Source: Candidatus Altiarchaeota archaeon (GTDB lineage Archaea > Altiarchaeota > Altiarchaeia > IMC4 > SCGC-AAA252-I15). From it: a stretch of 50,342 nt of DNA. Both the position numbers and the translations under genes were made by a program. Location of the stretch: assembly GCA_043813075.1 (NCBI GenBank), contig JBDRLL010000001.1:1-50342 (forward strand), given 5' to 3'. Shown here one piece after another: positions 46,534-50,342 of the stretch. Position 1 is the stretch's first letter. Each line of letters starts with the position of its first letter. The notes under the pieces were generated by a model. The model was not told the DNA's origin, did not search any database, and worked only from the letters and a program-made list of their open reading frames with translations.

Positions 46534-47385
46534 TTAGGCCAGGTAGAAGAACATGATGTAGGATAGGCCTTCTGGGATGCCGTATAGCCTGTTCCTGAGC
46601 CTGGTGAAGTCTGTTTTCTCGCTGGATGAGGCGACCTCCTTCAGCCGGAATGCGGTGAAGGCTAGGGGGATTAGCGGCAGGATTGAGTGGAAGAGCATTA
46701 TGTTGGCGAGCAGGATTAGGGAGAACAGTAATTGGGATAGCACTAGCATGCGTATTGTCTCGCGCACCCCTAATACGGAGGGCAGCGACCGGACTCCAGC
46801 GTTCACGTCATCCTTCAGATGGGATATCTGGTGGATGGTCTCGTGCAACAGTATGTAGTTGCCGTAAACCAGTGAAAGCATGACTATCAGATAGTTGATC
46901 GAGTCTGTTACTGTTAGATAGCCTGCGAGCAGCTGGAACACCCCAATGCATGCAGCATTCAACGGCAGCGAGAACAGGAAATGCTTCTTAGCCCTGAATG
47001 GGGGAATGGAGTACGCTAGGGTCAGGATTACCGGGAAAACCATGACGAGGATTAGGGGGATTGAGTGTGTGACAAACCATGTGAGGCATAGGAGTAAGGC
47101 CATTAACGTGAGCGGGATCCCGTATAGCATGGCGGCGACAGGCTTGGATGTTCTTCCGAGGTATTCTGACGCGTAATTCCGTTCATTACCGTGCCTGCCG
47201 TCAAAAAAGTCGTTGACAGAGAAGGAGAGCATGTAGGCGAAGACAAGGTAGGCTAGCACAAGAAGCAGGGGATAGGGTACATGAGTGGCTGATGCTTCCA
47301 CGTGCATGCCGCACATGAATCCTATAAACAGGGTGCCAGTGTTCTTCACCCAGTCTCTGACACGGTAAAACCTGAAGGCATTCAT
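46534..47385 (-). CDS. UbiA-family prenyltransferase
   Basis: RVRDWVKN, VNDFFD, AYSIPPFRAK, HLKDDVNAG. Confidence 0.85.
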   Translation of the reverse strand: MNAFRFYRVRDWVKNTGTLFIGFMCGMHVEASATHVPYPLLLVLAYLVFAYMLSFSVNDFFDGRHGNERNYASEYLGRTSKPVAAMLYGIPLTLMALLLCLTWFVTHSIPLILVMVFPVILTLAYSIPPFRAKKHFLFSLPLNAACIGVFQLLAGYLTVTDSINYLIVMLSLVYGNYILLHETIHQISHLKDDVNAGVRSLPSVLGVRETIRMLVLSQLLFSLILLANIMLFHSILPLIPLAFTAFRLKEVASSSEKTDFTRLRNRLYGIPEGLSYIMFFYLA

Positions 47386-47465
47386 GACAGTATTATATGG
47401 GGGTTGAGAAGATAATATGAGTGAGTTACTACATGATTTTAACCTGCCGTACCATCTATTGATGC

Positions 47466-48227
47466 ATGGGAAAATACCGTTTTGACGAAAGACTAGTTGA
47501 GGGCATCATCAAGTCGAGGCCTAATCGTTTCATAATGATGGTGGAGTTGGACGGTTCTGTCGTCAGATGCCATTGCCCGTCCACAGGGAGGATCGGGGGG
47601 ATAGTATTCGAGGACATACCATGCCTCCTCTCAAGGGGCTTGGGTGAGGGTAGGAAGACCGCGTACACTGTCGAGGCAATATCCCTGGACCATGCCTCTG
47701 GCTTGAAAAAGTCTTGGATTGGGATAAATCAGACGAGGGCTAACGACTATGTTGGTCATTTCATGGGGGAGGGGGATTTACAAGGCATGGTGGGGCAGGG
47801 TGACTTCATCATCAAAGAGAAGAGGGTTGGTGATTCCAGGATAGACTTCCTTGTCGGCGACACGTACGTTGAGGTTAAGACGCCGTTAATCAACCTACCG
47901 TCCGGTGGAAAGACCCGTGGGGGTGATGCGTCTGTGTTCAACTCCTTTGACCGCCTGATAAAGCACTTCAACGAGCTTGGGAAGATTGTGGGTAATGGCT
48001 CGAGGGCGGTGGTCATACTCTGCTACATGTTTGACGCCAAACCATTCAAGCCGCCGGAAGTGGATGATACCAACCGGGAGATAATCGAGGCTGCGGGGAA
48101 GGCGTCTTCAAGCGGTGTTGAGAACTGGCAGGTGAACCTGAGGATAGACGAGGAGGGTGTGGGACTGTTGAAGTACTTCAGGCTGGAGTTGTTCCAACCA
48201 ACCCATACTAACCGAGGCCGAAAATGA
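47466..48227 (+). CDS. sfsA: DNA/RNA nuclease SfsA (sugar fermentation stimulation protein)
   Basis: RPNRF, HCPSTGR, SRIDF...YVEVK (PD-D/ExK), KHFNEL. Confidence 0.9.
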   Translation: MGKYRFDERLVEGIIKSRPNRFIMMVELDGSVVRCHCPSTGRIGGIVFEDIPCLLSRGLGEGRKTAYTVEAISLDHASGLKKSWIGINQTRANDYVGHFMGEGDLQGMVGQGDFIIKEKRVGDSRIDFLVGDTYVEVKTPLINLPSGGKTRGGDASVFNSFDRLIKHFNELGKIVGNGSRAVVILCYMFDAKPFKPPEVDDTNREIIEAAGKASSSGVENWQVNLRIDEEGVGLLKYFRLELFQPTHTNRGRK

Positions 48228-48356
48228 TATGGCTCGAAGGTTAGAACACTCCGTTTTGGCATTCCGACCCCGGCCACAGGGTTTTTTCAAGCTTAAATAC
48301 TGGTTTGCTGACTGTCAATATTATACAGGGCGTGTTCCCCCCAGAGAAAGACCTTT

Positions 48357-49430
48357 ATGAATGATTTCACAGGCAATGGATTTTGCAGCGACTTCCAGGG
48401 CAGGATAGACGAATTTGACGAATCCGCGCGCATACGCATAGTCGTGATGGGCGCTGGGGGAGGCGGTGGGAACACTGTGAACAGGCTCTGCAGGTGCGGT
48501 GTCACTGGAGCGGAACTGGCGGCCTGCAACACGGACGCCCAGGACCTGAAGAAGATACACCCTGACATCAAGAAGATTCTTATCGGAGGCCAGTTGACTA
48601 GGGGTCTTGGCGCCGGAGGATTCCCGAACGTCGGGATGAAGGCTGCTGAAGCAAGCAAGAGGGAATTGTACGAGTTCCTTAACGGCACCCACCTCCTGTT
48701 CCTATGCGCGGGCATGGGCGGGGGCACTGGAACCGGCTCGGCCCCAGTCATCGCAGAGGTTGCTAAGGAGGCTGGAGCCATAGTGGTTGCGATGGTGACC
48801 TACCCGTTTAAGCTGGAGCGGTCGAGGGTTGGCAAGGCGCGTGAAGGCATAAACAACCTGAGGAACTCCGCAGACACTGTAGTGGTTATAGACAACAACA
48901 AGCTCGTCGAGTACGTGCCGAACCTGCCGATAGACAAGGCATTCCTTGTGGCCGACGAAGTCGTGTCAAGGGCAGTGAAGGGGATAACTGAGACCATCAT
49001 GTCGCCCTCACTCATCAACCTGGATTTCGCTGACATAAGGTCCGTGCTGGGCGGCGGTAAAGTCTCGGTCATAAGTGTGGGCGACGGAGAAGGGCCAGGC
49101 AAGGTGGAGGAGAGCGTGAAGAACACGCTGGAACACCCGCTCCTTGACGTGGAATACGCGGGAGCCTGCGGGGCGTTGATACACATAACTGGAGGCCCCG
49201 ACATGTCGATAGGCGACGCGAACAGGGTGGGTGAACTGCTGACGCAGAACTTCAACCCATCAGCCAACGTGATGTGGGGTGCGAGAATCGACCCCCGGCT
49301 CGAAGACAGGCTGGAGATCATAAGCATTGTGACTGACGTGAAGTCTCAGAACATACTTGGCGCAGAAGACAGTTTCACAAGCGACAGATACTCCCAGGGA
49401 ATTAGCGACTGGAAGATACAGCAGATATAG
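48357..49430 (+). CDS. ftsZ: Cell division protein FtsZ
   Basis: GAGGGGGN, NTDAQDL, TRGLGAGG, tubulin signature GMGGGTGTG, T7 loop INLDFAD. Confidence 0.96.
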   Translation: MNDFTGNGFCSDFQGRIDEFDESARIRIVVMGAGGGGGNTVNRLCRCGVTGAELAACNTDAQDLKKIHPDIKKILIGGQLTRGLGAGGFPNVGMKAAEASKRELYEFLNGTHLLFLCAGMGGGTGTGSAPVIAEVAKEAGAIVVAMVTYPFKLERSRVGKAREGINNLRNSADTVVVIDNNKLVEYVPNLPIDKAFLVADEVVSRAVKGITETIMSPSLINLDFADIRSVLGGGKVSVISVGDGEGPGKVEESVKNTLEHPLLDVEYAGACGALIHITGGPDMSIGDANRVGELLTQNFNPSANVMWGARIDPRLEDRLEIISIVTDVKSQNILGAEDSFTSDRYSQGISDWKIQQI

Positions 49431-49454
49431 TAGAGACTATTCTTATAGAGGGCA

Positions 49455-50342
49455 TCAGACTAGTCTTTCGAGGCGGGTCTTGGACATAAGATGAACCACT
49501 AAGACGGTGAGTGGGATGGCGATTATGGAAGTGATGATGTTTTTTGAAGCTAAAACTAGTCCAAGAGCGGTCAGTTTGGGGATGGGGAAAGTGCTTAGCG
49601 CGTATAGTACGATGAACTGGAAATACTTGTGTAAGGCGTAGATTCCCAATGTTATCCCAAAGATGGGGTTCAGTCTGCCAATCAGCCGATGAATGGATGG
49701 TTTGTAGAGGAAGAATGTAAGGCTTATGAAGACGAGGCTTGAACGCATATACATGTTTGCCGTTAGGATGTTGAGGGGGCGCATGCTGTCCCGCATAAAC
49801 AGCAGGAGGGCTGCTGCGAGCACCAGGCTGCGGTATCTCTCAAAATATTTTTTGTGTTCAACAAGCAGGTAGGCTAGGGGAACATACACGAGGAAGTTCT
49901 CGATCCTATAGTATTTGAATGACACGCCAGTGGTGTCCCTATATTCAGCGTATGCCAGCATAATGAGAATCATGAGAAAGGCGGACACTAGATAGAGTTT
50001 CCTGTTTCTTGACGTGGATTTCTTGTTGAAGAATAATGCCGTGAAGATGGTCAGCGCAATGAGCACTGAAAAGAAGTAGAATACAGGATGCCCGACAAAA
50101 GGCAGTGAAGGCCCGCCCAACCAAAGTATCCTAGGGATATCTCTGAATTCCTGTAGGGGAGTATGTAGGAGTACGGCCTGCACGACATGGACTATCGTCT
50201 GCAGAAGACCGTATAGGATATAGAGCGTTAATAGTCTTTTAGAACTCTTTATTGAATACGCGAGTGAATCGTTCTTTATTATGAATAGGTAAAGGTGGAT
50301 TAGGATGAAGAGGGGCACCGCTGCCAGTGAAATATTAAGGTA
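49455..50342 (-). CDS. Acyltransferase-3-like polytopic membrane protein (5' end beyond the window)
   Basis: Frame stays open to 50342 (YLNISLAAVPLFILI...). FYFF and TLGIYALH motifs, many TM helices. Confidence 0.7.
   Translation of the reverse strand, partial: YLNISLAAVPLFILIHLYLFIIKNDSLAYSIKSSKRLLTLYILYGLLQTIVHVVQAVLLHTPLQEFRDIPRILWLGGPSLPFVGHPVFYFFSVLIALTIFTALFFNKKSTSRNRKLYLVSAFLMILIMLAYAEYRDTTGVSFKYYRIENFLVYVPLAYLLVEHKKYFERYRSLVLAAALLLFMRDSMRPLNILTANMYMRSSLVFISLTFFLYKPSIHRLIGRLNPIFGITLGIYALHKYFQFIVLYALSTFPIPKLTALGLVLASKNIITSIIAIPLTVLVVHLMSKTRLERLV

Noticed and set aside
48228-48280. tRNA-like snippets (ggttagaacactccgttttggca...ccgaccccggcca) after sfsA
   Set aside because: Only about 50 nt, no TTCRA T-loop, and no full cloverleaf can be built. 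At most a degenerate remnant; tRNAscan-SE would settle it.

Overview
Gene-dense archaeal chromosomal segment. Archaeal origin is supported by TATA-type promoters, GGTGA ribosome-binding sites, RNase P protein Rpp21, archaeal-type prepilins and a single-domain KaiC-like ATPase. The gene style resembles Altiarchaeota/DPANN-adjacent lineages, but this is inference only. From left to right: a complete trpEGDCFBA operon with TrpY-like TGTACA boxes and an unusual duplicated, hairpin-containing trpE/trpG junction that creates a bridging 42-aa ORF; trpB2, a prolidase and rnp4; a beta-propeller surface protein divergent from a type IV pilus locus (four class III signal peptide proteins including a vWA adhesin, a DUF2226-like protein, an assembly ATPase, an antisense KaiC-like ATPase and two TadB/C membrane proteins), followed by a GT2 and a small redox module; a tandem-GNAT, PvcA/CDPS-like ORFan and radical SAM trio; a TSP3-repeat metalloprotease; a Thr-type sulfatase-like enzyme; an XRE regulator unit with a triple 18-bp operator; metal transporters; a cold-shock protein; a TPR-YkgJ fusion; glycan-modifying membrane enzymes; sfsA and ftsZ. 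I found no CRISPR array, rRNA, complete tRNA or transposase. All family calls come from reading motifs by eye; no database search was run.
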